From: Squalus acanthias
Lineage: Eukaryota
Assembly: GCA_030390025.1 (NCBI GenBank)
Contig: CM059432.1
Location: forward strand, 114,826,001-114,890,000
Reading direction: 5' to 3'
Length of the DNA stretch: 64,000 nt
In this document: piece after piece, positions 1-11,970 of the stretch
How positions within the stretch are numbered: position 1 is the stretch's first letter
Layout: each line of letters begins with the position of its first letter
Program-made: the position numbers and the translations under genes
Notes under the pieces: generated by a model
Databases searched by the model: none
What the model was told of the DNA's origin: nothing
What the model saw: the letters and a program-made list of their open reading frames with translations, nothing else

Positions 1-258
1 TGCGGGCGGCCGTCATGGCGGGTCGTGACTCTGTTGCTCCATCCCGCTCTACAGAATGACTTTGCGCTAATGCGGCCTATTAAGCCCACCCAATGCGTTA
101 CCCGGCCCAGTTAAATGGTGCGGGTCTGGTGACGTCATCGATGACGCGTCTTCAGCCAGGATATTTAAAGGGGCCATGGCCACATTACATTTGAAGATTC
201 ATCTAGGAGTGTGCAGGTAGCACACTGAAGGATTTCATTGCATCAAACAGTTGGAGAG

Positions 259-2194
259 ATGGCTGCACAGAGGCAGAGGGCTGTAACCAGGTTCTCTGAT
301 GACTCCCTCCATATGCTTGTGGAGGGTGTCACAGCACACTGGGAGGTCCTGTTCCCTTCTAATGGGCGCAAGAGACCTCCCCAGCAGACAAAAGGAGCCT
401 GGCTCCAAATAGCAGAGGAGGTGAATAGCAGGAATCTCGTCAGGAGGACCTGGGTGCAGTGCCGCAAACACTTCAACGATCTCGTTAGATCAGGAAAGAT
501 GAATACAAAGCCACACTCACCTTCACCCTCCCGTCCACCCATTCCTCTCTCTCTATCTACATTAACACATCCCCATCTTACTAACCACCCCTCACACTCA
601 CCCTCATCCTAATGCAATCATGCCAACTAACAACACACAAGGAGGCCACTTGGAATTGCCACCCCACTCCATCATAGTCACCCTCTAAAGATGTAACCCA
701 TTCCTTACACTCATTTCATCACTCTCACTCAACTTTCTCTTCTTTCCCTCCTTGTAGGAAAAGAGAGCACACAATAAGGAGAGAACTGGCGGTGGACCCC
801 CATCAATGGCCATCCTGACCATAGCAGAAGAGGCTGCGTTAGAGCTGGCAGGGGTCACCAAGCACCTGGAGGTGGGAGACGGAGAGAGGGGGACATCTCA
901 GCAACCTGGTGACAGAATTACATATCATACAGCTACGTGGCATACATCAGTCACTCATATGGGAGCTGATAAGAACATAAGAAATAGGAGCAGGAGTAGG
1001 CCATTCGGCCCTTCGAGCCTACTCCGTCATTCAATGAGATCATGGCTGATCTTCTACCTCAACTCCATTCACTGGCCCTATATGTCAGCAGCCACTGAAT
1101 GGTCATTATGTGCATAATGGTTTCTGTACACAATCTACATATGACATATCTAACTCATCTCTTTACTCTCCCACAGGTCCATCATGAGCCCCCACCACTA
1201 TCCAGGCGCAAGAGGAAGACGACTCCTCAAAGGAGGCTCCAGCCTCTGAGAGCGCACCATCACCAGACAGAAGCACACCCAGCACCAGCGGAGATTCTCA
1301 CACCTCGGTGGGTCCTTCGCGAGACAGAATAGTGTTGTCACCTGGTGTGTCACAAATCACAACCAAGCAACAGCAGAAGGTGGAGACAGGGACAGCAATG
1401 GAGACTCCTCGTCAGAGGGCGCAGGACTCTCCCAGCTCTGCTCAGCTGCACGCAGACACTGAGCCTCGGGGGCCATCCAGAAAGAGGGCGATCCTGGAGC
1501 TGCAGGAACAAGTGCAGGAGGCTCTGACAGGTTTTGCGAGCGCGATGACTGCCAGTGTTAAGAGAATGGAGGAGTCCATCTCCAACATGAACACCACCGT
1601 GTCACAGGCGATGGCGATGTAGGCTCTTCCATGGATAGGATGGCCACCAGCATGGAGCAGCTAATGCGCCACTCAGAGGAGCACATGCTACCTATGCAGA
1701 ATAGATGGCTATCTATGGAGGACAGATGGCTATCTATAGACAATAGATGGGTATCTATGGAGAATAGATGGCAGAGGCTCATAGACGTCCTCTCGAGGAG
1801 GGATGTCAGTATAGATGTGGGTCCTCATGTCCCCACTGCTGTGCAGCAAGGTGCTCTCCAGCTCCTTGCTAGCAGGGAAGTACGGTTGGCCAATGAGAGG
1901 GATGATGGTGAGAGGAGACATGGAAGTGGGTGCTCCACTCAAAGCGCTCACACTTCTCCCCCCCCGTTGCCACCCCCTCAGTCAGAGCCCCAGATGGCCA
2001 AGTCTGCCCCTGCACATTCGCAGGAGGAGCAGACTTTGGCGTGGCCATCACAGGCTCCAAAACCCAGAGGACGTCCGCCAAGAGTGTCTAAGCAGTCACA
2101 GCAGGGAAGTGAGGAGGCTGCCTTGACCTCTGCTGAAGCCACAGTGGTAGCACCGCGTAGAAGCACGCGTAAGAGAAAGATGCCAAACAAGTAG
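259..2194 (+). pseudogene. Harbinger Myb/SANT-like DNA-binding protein gene, 3 exons (about 259-498, 758-908, 1177-2194), disabled
   Basis: Exon 1 RFSDDSLHMLVEGV...AWLQIAEEVNSRNLVRRTWVQCRKHFNDL; exon 2 EKRAHNKERTGGGPP. The intron 1 donor reads ATGAAT instead of GT. In-frame TGA near 1185 and a frameshift/stop near 1620. Confidence 0.85.
968..1068 (-). mobile_element. CR1 3' tail fragment inside intron 2 of the Harbinger Myb gene
   Basis: aagaacataagaaataggagcaggagtaggccattcggccc, the same tail as the CR1 copies at 23091 and 56617. Confidence 0.8.
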
Positions 2195-2552
2195 AGTCAC
2201 AAGGGTAGACACTTGGGTGTTTTGTTCAATGTTGATGTGATGTTTCAGATTCAGTTTATTTAATGTGAACCATAAATTTCTTTCTTTTCAAAGCTTTCCG
2301 GTCTTGGACAAATTTGTGTGCACCATTGGAAGTGGCTTAGTTAGTTGGAGTAGAGGTCAGACATAACTTTACCTCCACCAATGGTGGTGACTGTGAAAGG
2401 AATGGATTGGTCATTATAGGGATGCTTAAGAATCATAGAATGGTTACAGCAAAAGAGGCTATTCGGCCTATCGAGCCCGTGGTGTGGCTGTGGTGTGTTG
2501 CCAACCTGGCGAAGCATGTGGCAGCCATTTGGGTGGACTACGTAAAGTTAAG

Positions 2553-3763
2553 TTAAGCAAATCTGGCCATGATGAGGCCATCCCTGTCCTTCCGGGCAGC
2601 AATGCGCTCGTGTGCTGGTGCCATTTGCACCGCAGGTTCCGCCAGCAGCTGCTCCTCCTCATCTTCCTCCTCCGAAGAGGCTGTGCGCTCAGTGCCTTGC
2701 TCTTCGTGCAGCACTAATCGTCGCTGCTGCGCTATGTTGTGCCGGGCGCAGCAGACCATGACAACTCTGGAGATCCTGGCTGGTGTGTACTGAAGGGCTC
2801 CTCCAGATCTGTCAAGGCATCTGAAGAGCATTTTCAGCATGCCTATTGTCTGCTCTATGACACATCTGGTTGAGATGTGGCTTTCATTATATCTCTCCTC
2901 GGCTTCAGTACTTGGCCTCCTCAAGGGTGTCATGAGCCACGTCTTCAGTGGATAGCCCTTGTCTCCAAGCAGCCAACCGGAAGGTATGTGTGGAGATGCA
3001 AAGAGCTGAGGGAGGGTGGACTGGCACAGGACGAAAGCATCATGACAGCTGCCAGGGAATTTGGCATATACATGCATGATGATCTTCCTATGGTTGCAGA
3101 CGAGCTGCACATTGAGGGAGTGGAAGCCCTTGTGGTTGACAAAAACTCCTGGGTGATGATGGGGTGCCCTGATGGCCACATGTGTGCAGTCGATGATGCT
3201 CTGCGCCCGTGGGAAGCCAGCCAGAGTGGCAAAGCTGAGCGCCTGCTCAGTAACACTGGCTTCATCAGTGGCAAAGTTGATATAATTGGCTTACTTGTCA
3301 AAGAGGCCATTGGTGACCTGTGATATGCATCAGTGGGTGGCCAACTGCGAGATGCCACAAATGTCTGCTGCAGATCCCTGGAAGGAGCCGGAGGTGAAGA
3401 AGTTGAGGGCGCTGGTGACTTTGACAGCCACTGATAAGGCGTGTCCACCCGTTCCTCTGGGTGCAGGTCTTCCTCCAGCAATGTGCAAATGTCTGTGACG
3501 ACCTGGCATGATAGCCTGAGCTTCCTTTGGCACTGCTGCTCAGTCACGTTGAGGAAGCTCATCCTCTGCCTGTATACCCTGTGTTGGGGGTATTGCCTCC
3601 GACGTGGTGCAGCCCTGCACTGATGCCCTCTGTCCTGTGGAGCATCAGGACATTGAGGAGAAGGTTGGTGCTGTTGTTGTTGGTGCTGCTGGTTTACCTG
3701 GTGTTGGGGCTCATCGTGGTCAGATTCTGAGTACCAAGCTGAGACAGTATAAACGGCACCCAT
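2553..3763 (-). pseudogene. Harbinger (HARBI1-like) DDE transposase, frameshifted
   Basis: Motifs across frames: [79 protein letters not shown]. Confidence 0.9.
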
Positions 3764-4749
3764 GCTGATGGAAGAGACGGCAGGTGAAGTAGAGTTGACA
3801 GAAGCAATCTGTCAATGGTGAGCGAGGTTCTTCCAATGAGGTGAGACTGGGTGAAGACTTTGCTGGAAAGACTTACAGCCTGCTGAAAACTCAATCTGTG
3901 CTGGGAATGTAGTCAGCAACAGCTTCTGCCTGAGGAAAGTGATCAGCTGTCAGGTGGGAGCTGTTAAACTACATTTGATGCTATCAAGTAATCAGCTGGA
4001 GCAATGGCCGCTCAACTCCCGCCTCAGGCTGACAGACGTGGTTCCCGAGCTGCGTGAATCCTGTGGCCATGCAGGGAATTTAAAAATGTATGGGGAAAAA
4101 GGCTCTTAAATGCCTGTAAACTACCTGATAATAATTTGAATTAGGTCGCCCGCCTCTGCCAGTCGGGTCGCTGCCGCACCGGCAAACGTGCCCGTGGGAA
4201 AGGTACACGGGGGTGAGATGACGGCGGGTTCCCGACCCGCTCCCAATTTTTTCACATTTCCCACCCGACCTGCCTCCATTCCCACCCACTAACACCCCAG
4301 AAAATTCCAGCCATAGTCTTCAGGTGAAGCAGTGTTAGAGGAAGGGGAATAATTGGACAAGGGCATACAAATATAAATCAGACCCCATGTTAAAGTCATA
4401 CATTTTCTTATTTGATATTATTTATAGTTATAAAAGCAAAGTGAACGGCACTATGCAAAGCTGAGAAGTAGAGTTGGTTGGAGCGTAAGTGCTTATCTGC
4501 AGTACAGGCTGAGGAAGTGAGAGATTCAAAAGATGCTGTGGCACCACCACTGGCAGGAGGGTGTAATCACAGTGTGGTACATTTATATAAGTAGTTTCCA
4601 TTACAATTGTTGACAGGGGAATTTAGAATAGGAGAAGTTGATAGGAAATGCACACAAACCTAAGATTTTTAATATATTATAGATAAATTTGTCCTAACAA
4701 TTAGTTACAGCAGATAATCAGTAAAATACTCTTAATTGTCTGCCTGTCC

Positions 4750-4835
4750 CAGTGGTAGCGCTTTGGTCTCTGAGTCCGAAGATTGTGGGTTTAAGCCCCA
4801 CTCCAGGGATTTATGTACATAATCTAGGCTGACAT
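4750..4835 (+). mobile_element. DeuSINE 5' head fragment
   Basis: gtggtagcgct...ctctgagtccgaagattgtgggtttaagccccactccag...atctaggctgaca matches the full copies at 27942 and 35060. Confidence 0.7.
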
Positions 4836-4838
4836 ATT

Positions 4839-5545
4839 GCCCCTGATCTTATCTTGAAGGTGGGGAGGGCAGTTTTGCAGTAAAGAAACCCAGAAGAACG
4901 GGCTTCCCTCAGGTCCTGCCAAATTTAACGAATTTACCTTTTTTTAATCTCCATTTCCTGGTTGCAGCCTGACAGATTTGAGAGGCAGGCTGGCTGTTGG
5001 GTGGGTAGGACTTCGGCACCAGGCCACAGCCGGGGAGCAGAGAGGAGGGAGAGAGGGAATGGAAAGGCTGGAGGGTTGGGGGGAGTGGCAAGATCGGAGG
5101 CCAGAAGGTAGATCGGTGGCCAAAAGGCAGATCAAAGGCCAGGGCTGGGGTAGATCAGAGGCCAGAGTGGAGATCGAAGGCCAGTGTTGGGAGAGTTCGG
5201 AGGCCAGAGAGGAGATCGAAGGCCAGTGTCGGGGGAGATTGGAGGGTAGAAGGCAGGTTAGAACGGTCAGGGGGTGATCGGAAGGGTTGGGGGGCGTGTC
5301 CAATCACTGGGGGTGCGAGAAGCAGGTAAGCTGTATCCAGCAGGTAAGTGAAAGGTACTTATCTCCTAGATCCAGCAGTCCTCGCCTCCCTTTAGTCGCC
5401 GGGTTTCCCAAGGCCCGGGAAACTCGGCCGGCCAGGGTTAAATTTAAAATGGTGGTTACATATAAGGCATGCAGCCTCATTAATAATATTTAAATGGACA
5501 ACCCGCCTCTTGGAAGCGGATTGGTTTTCCGGAGATTTCTTCTTA
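4839..5545. mobile_element. Probable non-autonomous DNA transposon with an internal degenerate tandem repeat (gatcggaggcc/gatcgaaggcc units, 5090-5290)
   Basis: GC-rich island with repeated units. TIRs not cleanly resolved. Confidence 0.45.
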
Positions 5546-5550
5546 CCCCT

Positions 5551-5835
5551 CCACTCCTTAAGGCTGTGGCACATGCTAATTACCATTCTAGAGAAGGCAG
5601 CAGCTCCCCAACCCCTTATCCAAGTGGCCAACCTTCTTGTGTGAGCATAGGCATCACAGCGGAGGCCAATTTTGTCGCTATCAACACATGCACATTACTG
5701 GGAGTATTGAGGTCAGCTGTAGTATACATTACCAGCACCCTATGGGCTACGTCATCAGACATCAAATCTGGAACCTTCCTGTTTTCTAAATTTTAGTATC
5801 AAACCATGCACCACATTAATTCCCTCAACTAGAGG
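5551..5835 (-). mobile_element. Old tRNA-headed SINE, diverged copy (family also at 6212, 59540, 60190)
   Basis: Shared blocks ccaagtggcca..ttct, gcatcacagc and gaaccttcctg among the four loci. Confidence 0.5.
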
Positions 5836-6211
5836 ATTCTTATTTGCAGTATTCATTTTTTGTTCTCGGTGGGATCAATCTCTGGAAAACTCATGCCCGC
5901 CCTATTTTCATTATACCATTGTTCAATCACATTTCTTATGCTGCAACAGTCTCTACTTTCTGTTCTAGGAAGAAATACCTAGAGCAGAGAGTACACTTCT
6001 GATGTTAAAAGTCTGTTATTTCAGAGTATGTTCTTGCACAGACATCTGTGCTCAAAGAAAAAAAATCCCAGTTGTTTATCCCAGCATTCTAATCATTGGA
6101 TCACTAATTGTGTCCGAGAGAGAAGTCTTAATTCAGTCATCCATTACTTTCTGAAGTTTGCTTGATGGGTACCTGTTTAACACCAATTGCTTTAATAATA
6201 TGCTGCACAGC

Positions 6212-6545
6212 CTCTCTCCCAATGGCTCAACAAGTCTACCCAGTGAGTAGCGGAGTCATGCAGACGAGAAAGGTCTTTGGGTTCGATTCCTGGTTGTGCT
6301 GAGTTAGCTGATCGCTCTCGAGATGGCAGTAAGGTGCCCCAGACATAGGGAGGGGAAAATAGGCAAGTTATTCTAGTCGCTAACCGCATGTTTGCTCATC
6401 AGGTGAGGATAGGATCAGGATCTGGCTCAGCTGAATAATAGCCACTTAGGCGAGGTACTGGAGAACACTTGATGACTATGGTACCCCAGCAAGGAGACAA
6501 CGTCTCGGGGCGGGGCGAAAATTGGCAGAGGTAAAATAAAAATAA
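6212..6545 (+). mobile_element. Old tRNA-headed SINE
   Basis: tggctca A-box-like motif, gggttcgattcc B-box, then gtgctgagttagctgatc, gtgaggataggatc, and an A-rich tail. Confidence 0.6.
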
Positions 6546-6995
6546 GGTATTGAATAAATGGAATAAAATATAAATCTGAGAATGACACTAACAACTTCAA
6601 AAAATAGCTGCAGTCAGTCCACTACCATCGTATTTAATACAATGTGGCTGCATTGCTATGGAAACCACTACGTTTTCCTAAACTGTTACCACAATTACCA
6701 CCTGTCTGAAATAACACAATCCCCTTGCTGAAAATTAAAATTCTAACACAAGAATTCACAAATCTCTCAAAAGAACGTTTATGCTCCATTTTTACCTCCG
6801 AAAGCCATTTTCTTCTGTTTGTACATATCAATGGGTTTGTTCAATTTTTATGTAAAATGCAAACGTATAACAAAATACACCAGGTAATCTGACTCAACAT
6901 ATAAGGTAGCAACATTACAACCCTTACTTCTATTTCGTTCTAATGGTTAAAATCACCAATGCAATGTTAGTAATGCCAGTTAGTCTTTATTGAAA

Positions 6996-7431
6996 CAGAG
7001 TGACTGCTGCCAACGACCGGAAGCATACCGCGCACTGCAACAACTGAAAGCATGATATTTCTGCTTTTTTAAAACCGAGCACGCTAACGAGCCCGCTCCC
7101 TTCCCGGCAATTTTTAACGAGCCTGCTCCCTTCCTGGCTCTCTTTTTTTAAACGAGCCGGCTCCCTTCCCGGATTTTTTTTAATGAGCCCGCTCCCTTCT
7201 CGGCTTTTTCTAACCAGCCCACTCCCTTCCTGGCTTTTTCCAAATGAGCCCGCTCCCTTCCCGCCTTTTTTTTAAAATAAGCCCGCTCCCTTCCCGGCTT
7301 TTTCTAACGAGCACGTTCCCTTCCCAGCTTTTAAATTTTTTTTTAGCACGCCCGCACCCGTAACAAACCGGAAGCGCGCATACGCAGAACGCTCCTACGC
7401 AGTTTCCGGTTCGTTGGCAGCAGTCGCGTCC
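6996..7431. mobile_element. Miniature TIR element with a 9-bp TSD (MULE- or Merlin-like) and an internal ~30-bp tandem array
   Basis: TIR gtgactgctgccaacga(a)ccggaa at both ends. TTATTGAAA direct repeat at 6987-6995 and 7432-7440. About 9 copies of gagcccgctcccttcccggc+T-run. Confidence 0.75.
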
Positions 7432-7466
7432 TTATTGAAAAGCGGTCAGAGGAATTTCATATAAAT

Positions 7467-7640
7467 TAGTGTTTGGTTCACTGCCACCTCTCTTCTTGGA
7501 ATGCCCCCTGGCCTTAAATCTATTTGATTTCCAGCTCTTCCCAGTTCTGATGAAAGGTCATCGACCTGAAACGTTAACTCTCTTTCTCTCTCCACGGATG
7601 CTGCCTGGCCTGCTGAGTTTTTCCAGCGTTTTCTGTTGTT
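7467..7640 (+). mobile_element. Penelope-like element terminal (pLTR) fragment containing a hammerhead motif
   Basis: Matches the reverse complement of the ends of the PLEs at 37020 and 40223. Flanking direct repeat atttcatataaat at 7454 and 7641. Confidence 0.75.
7543..7579 (+). ncRNA. Minimal type-I hammerhead ribozyme motif
   Basis: AGTT-CTGATGA-a-AGGTC atc GACCT-GAA-ACGT-T-AACT: stem I AGTT/AACT, conserved core, stem II, palindromic stem III. Confidence 0.75.
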
Positions 7641-7728
7641 ATTTCATATAAATGTATTAATGCATTTATTACTTATCACATAGCACAGTTTCAACCTTTA
7701 GCAGCTAAGCAGCAACTAATTGTTTCCT

Positions 7729-9117
7729 TAGGAAGGTAGAAAATTGAACCCCGCTATTCAAGCAAGGAGTGAGAGAGAAAACGGAACTACAGGCCAGTTA
7801 GTCGTCGGGAAATTGCTGGAATTTATTATTAAGGAAGTAGTAACAGGGCATTTAGAAAATCATATGATTAGGCAGAGTCAACATGGTTTTGTGAAAGGGA
7901 AATTGTGTTTGACAAATTTGAGGATATAACTAGCAGGGTAGATAAAGGGGAACCAGTGGATGTAGTATATTTGGATTTCCAAAAGGCAGTCGATAAGGTG
8001 CCACATAAAAGGTTGTTACGCAAGGTAAGGGCTCATGTGGTTAGGGGTAATATATTAGCATGGATAGAGGATTGGTTAATGGACAGAAAACAGAGACTAG
8101 GGATAAATGGGTCATTTTCAGGTTGGCAGGCTGTAACTAGTGGGGTGCCACAAGGATCAGTGCTTGGGCCTCGGCTATTTACAATCTATATTAATGACTT
8201 AGATGAAGGGACTGAGTGTAATGTATCCAAGTTTGCTGATGATACAAAGCTAGGTGGGAAAGTAAGCTGCGAGGAGGATACAAAGAGCCTGCAAAGGGAT
8301 ATAGACAGGTTAAGTGAGTGGGCAATAAGGTGGCAGATGGAGTATAATGTGGGGAAATGTGAGGTTATTCACTTTTGTCGGAAGAATAGAAAAACAGAAT
8401 ATTTTTTAAATGGTAAGAAACTATTAAATGTTGGTGTTCAGAGAGATTTAGGTGTCCTTGTATAGGAAACACAGAGTTAGTATGCAGGTACAGCAGGCAA
8501 TTAGGAAGGCAAATGGCATGTTGGCCTTTATTGCAAAGGGGTTGGAGTACAAGAGTAAGGAAGTCTTACTATAATTGTACAGGGCTTTGCTGAGACCACA
8601 CCTGGAATACTACGCACAGTTTTGGTCTCCTTATCTGAGGGAAGGATATACTTACCTTAGAGGCAGTGCAACGAAGGTTCACTAGATTGATCCCTGGGAT
8701 AGAGGGTTGTCCGATAAGGAGAGATTGAGTAGAATGGGCCTATACTCTCTGGAGTTTAGAAGAATGAGAGGGGATCTCATTTAAATATTTAAGATTCTGA
8801 GGGGGATTCACAGGGTAGATACTGAGAGGTTGTTTCTCCTGGCTGGAGAATCTAGCTCGGGGACAATAGTCTCAGGATAAGGGGTCGACCATTTAAGACT
8901 GAGATGAGGAGGAATTTCTTCACTCAGAGGGTTGTGAATCTTTGGAATTCTCTGCCCCAGAGGGCTGTGGATGCTGAATTATTGAGTATATTCAAGGCTG
9001 AGATAGATAGATTTTTGGACTCTAGGGGAATCAAGGGATAGGGGGGATCAGGCAGGAAAGTGGAGTTGAGGTCGAAGATCAGCCATCATCTTATTGAATG
9101 GCGGAGCAGGCTCAATA
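7729..9117 (+). mobile_element. CR1 LINE, 5'-truncated (RT to 3' UTR)
   Basis: VDVVYLDFQKA, SGVPQGSVLGP and SKFADDTKL motifs; frameshifted. Confidence 0.92.
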
Positions 9118-9137
9118 GACATTTTTGTCCTTTCTAT

Positions 9138-9893
9138 GTTGCAATATAAACTAAAGGGTACAATTCTAAAGCGGTGCAGGAACAGAGAGACCTGGAGGGT
9201 CTATGTGCACAAATCATTGAAGGTGGTAGGGCAGGTTGAGAAAGCGGTTAAAAAAGCATACGGGATCCTGGGCTTTATAAATAGAGGCTTAGAGTACCAA
9301 AAGCAAGGAAGTTATGATGAACCTTTATAAAACACTGGTTCGGCCTCAACTGGAGCATTGTGTCCAATTCGGGGCACCACACTTTAGGAAGGCTGTGAAG
9401 GCCTTAGAGAGGTTGCAGAAAAGATTTACAAGAATGGTTCCAGGGATGAGGGACTTCAGTTATGTGGATAGATTGGAGAAGCTGGGGTTGTTCTCCTTTG
9501 AGCAGAGAAGGTTGAGAGGAGATTTGATAGGTGTTCAGAATCATGAGGGGTCTGGACAGAGTAGTAAGAGAGAAACTGTTCCCATTGGCGGAAGGGACAA
9601 AAAACAGAGGACACACATTTAAGGTGATTGGCAGAAGAACCAAAGGCGACATGAGGAAAAACTTTTTTATGCAGCAAGTGGTTAGGATCTGGAATGCAAT
9701 GTCTGAAACGGAGGTGGAGCCAGATTCAATAGTGGGTTCAAAGGGGAATTGGATAAGTACCTGAAGGAAAGAAATTTGCAGGGCTACGGGGAAAGGGCGG
9801 GGGAGTGGGACTAGCTGAAGTGCTCTTGCAGAGCTGGTACGGTCTCGACAGGCCGAATGGCCTCCTTCTGTGCTGTTACCATTCTATGATTCT
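9138..9893 (+). mobile_element. CR1 LINE 3' fragment, second subfamily
   Basis: LYKTLVRPQLEHCVQF; tail attctatgattcta. Confidence 0.9.
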
Positions 9894-10659
9894 AGACCCT
9901 ACCTTCGCTGTGGTCTCCCCCATACAGTGCTTGCGCTATTACTGCTGCACACATTTTTTCATTCCCTGTAATACACTTTTATATACCACTTCAATCCCCA
10001 ACAATGTATATTTGAAACCCTCTTGTAATAGTATACGCAAAATTTGTCATATGGGCAAAGAAAGCATGGAATGAGAAACGGTCATTTAGCTCATCAAGCT
10101 CTGCTTCTGCACAACACATACAAACTACATTATTATGGACTTTAACCTACCCATTTCATCTGCTGAAGCAAAATTCTTTGGAATATTCTCTGGTCCCTGA
10201 AGGTAATCAAGTAAAACTCAACAATATTTATCCATTTGCACATTTCTACTATTCAAACCAGGCCTGCTATTTTCCAAGGTCAATAGCCCCTCATCAAACC
10301 TCCCAGCCCAGCAGCACAGAAGCCGTAACATCTGTCTCAGTCTACACCACTCCCTATTACCTAAATGCCCATTACCAACCTAGTTATCCAGCTTCTTTTT
10401 GAAGGAGTTGACACAGCATTAACTGCTTTTGCTGAGTTTCTGTCTTACACATCCACTGCAAAACAAAATTTGCTCTGATCTCAAGTTTTGCTTTCAGCTA
10501 GTTAATTTTAAAGCTGTGTCCTCTTGTTCTGTGCTGACACTAAATAAAATAGCTTGCTTATAGCTACATCATAAAAGCCACTCAACGTTTAAAAAAAACT
10601 TGGATCATGTCTCCCCTCATATTTTTTAAAATTGAGACACTTAGATGAAGGGCCAAAAT

Positions 10660-11970
10660 TAACAACAACAAAAACTTGTATTTATAATGCGCCTTTAATC
10701 ATAGACTCATAGAATGGTTACAACACAGAAGGAGGCCATTCGGCCCGTCGAGCCCATGCCGGCTCCCTGCAAGAGCACTTCAGCTAGTCTCACTCCCCTA
10801 CCCTTTCTCCGTAGCCTTGCAATTTTTTTTCCTTCAGGTACTTCTCCAATTCCCTTCTGAAAGCCACGATTGCGTCTGTCTCCACCACCCTTTCAGGTAG
10901 TGCATTGCAGATCCTAACCACTCGCTGCGTAAAAAGTATTTCCTCATGTCGCCTTTGGTTCTTTTGTCAATCACCTTAAATCTGTGTCCTCTGGTTCTCG
11001 ACCCTTCCGCCAATGGGAACAGTTTCTCTCTATCTACGCTGTAGTAAAACGTCCCAAGGCGCTTCACAAGAGCATTATCAAACAAAATTTGACACCGAGC
11101 CACATAAAGAGATATTAGGGCAGATGACCAAAAGCTTGGTCAAACAGGTAGGTTGTAAGGAGTGCCTTAAAGGCGTAAAGTGAGTTAGAGCGGCAGAGAA
11201 ACTAAGGGAGGGAATTCCAGAGCTTAGGGCCTTGGCAGCTGAAGGCACAGCCATCAATATTTGAGCGATTAAAATTGGGATGCTCAAGGTGCTAGAATTA
11301 GAGGAACGCAGATATCTCAGAGGGTTGTGGGGCTGGAGGAGATTACAGAGATAGGGAGGGGCGAGGCCGTGGAGGGAGTTGAAAACAAGGATGAGAATTT
11401 TAAAATCAAGGCGTTGCTTAACCGGGAGCCAATGTAGGTCAGCAAGCACAGGGGTGATGGGTGAACAGGACTTGGACACAGGCAGCAGAGTTTTGGATGG
11501 CCTCAAGTTTACATAGGGTAGAACGTGGGAGGCCAGCCAGGAGTGCGTTGGAATAGTCAAGTCTAGAGGTAACAAAGGCATGGGTGAGGGTTTCAGCGGC
11601 AGATGAACTGAGGCAGAGGCGGAGTCGGGTGATGTTCCGGAGGTGGTAATAGGCGGTCATAGTGATGGCGCGGATATGTGGTCATCTTGGGGGTCAACTA
11701 TGACACCAAGGTTGCGAACTGTCTGGTTCAGCCTCAGACAGTTGCCGGGGAGAGGGATGGAGTCGGTGGCTAGGAATGGAGTTTGCGGTAGGGACCGAAG
11801 ACACTGGCTTTGGTCTTCCTAATATTTAATTGGAGGAAATTTGTGCTCACCCGGTATTGGATGTCGAACAAGCAGTCTGGCAATTTAGAGACAGTGGAGG
11901 GGTCGAGAGAAGTGGTGGTGAGGTAGAGCTGGGTGTCTACAGCATATATGTGGAAACTGACGCTGTGTTT
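10660..11970 (-). mobile_element. L2 LINE 3' part, interrupted by a CR1 3' fragment (about 10700-11040, minus)
   Basis: SRLDYSNALLAGLP, ITPVLADLHWLPVKQRLDFKIL; (gtt)n tail at 10660; nested catagactcatagaa CR1 tail. Confidence 0.9.

Larger units (their letters stand above)
1..4313. mobile_element. PIF/Harbinger DNA transposon, decayed autonomous-type copy (left end outside the window)
   Basis: Convergent Myb/SANT-like and DDE transposase genes. Right end gaaaattccagcca (reverse complement tggctggaattttc) resembles the GGGCTGGA-type TIRs of the MITEs in this window. GC-rich subterminal regions. Confidence 0.9.

Noticed and set aside
2553..3179. Host gene HARBI1
   Set aside because: Frameshifted, paired with a Myb gene and a TIR, and intronic: a transposon copy rather than the domesticated gene.
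4909..5303. Repetitive ORFs on both strands
   Set aside because: By-product of a GC-rich tandem repeat; no recognisable domain.
7075..7330. CRISPR-like array
   Set aside because: Spacers are just T/A runs inside a eukaryotic TIR element; no cas genes.
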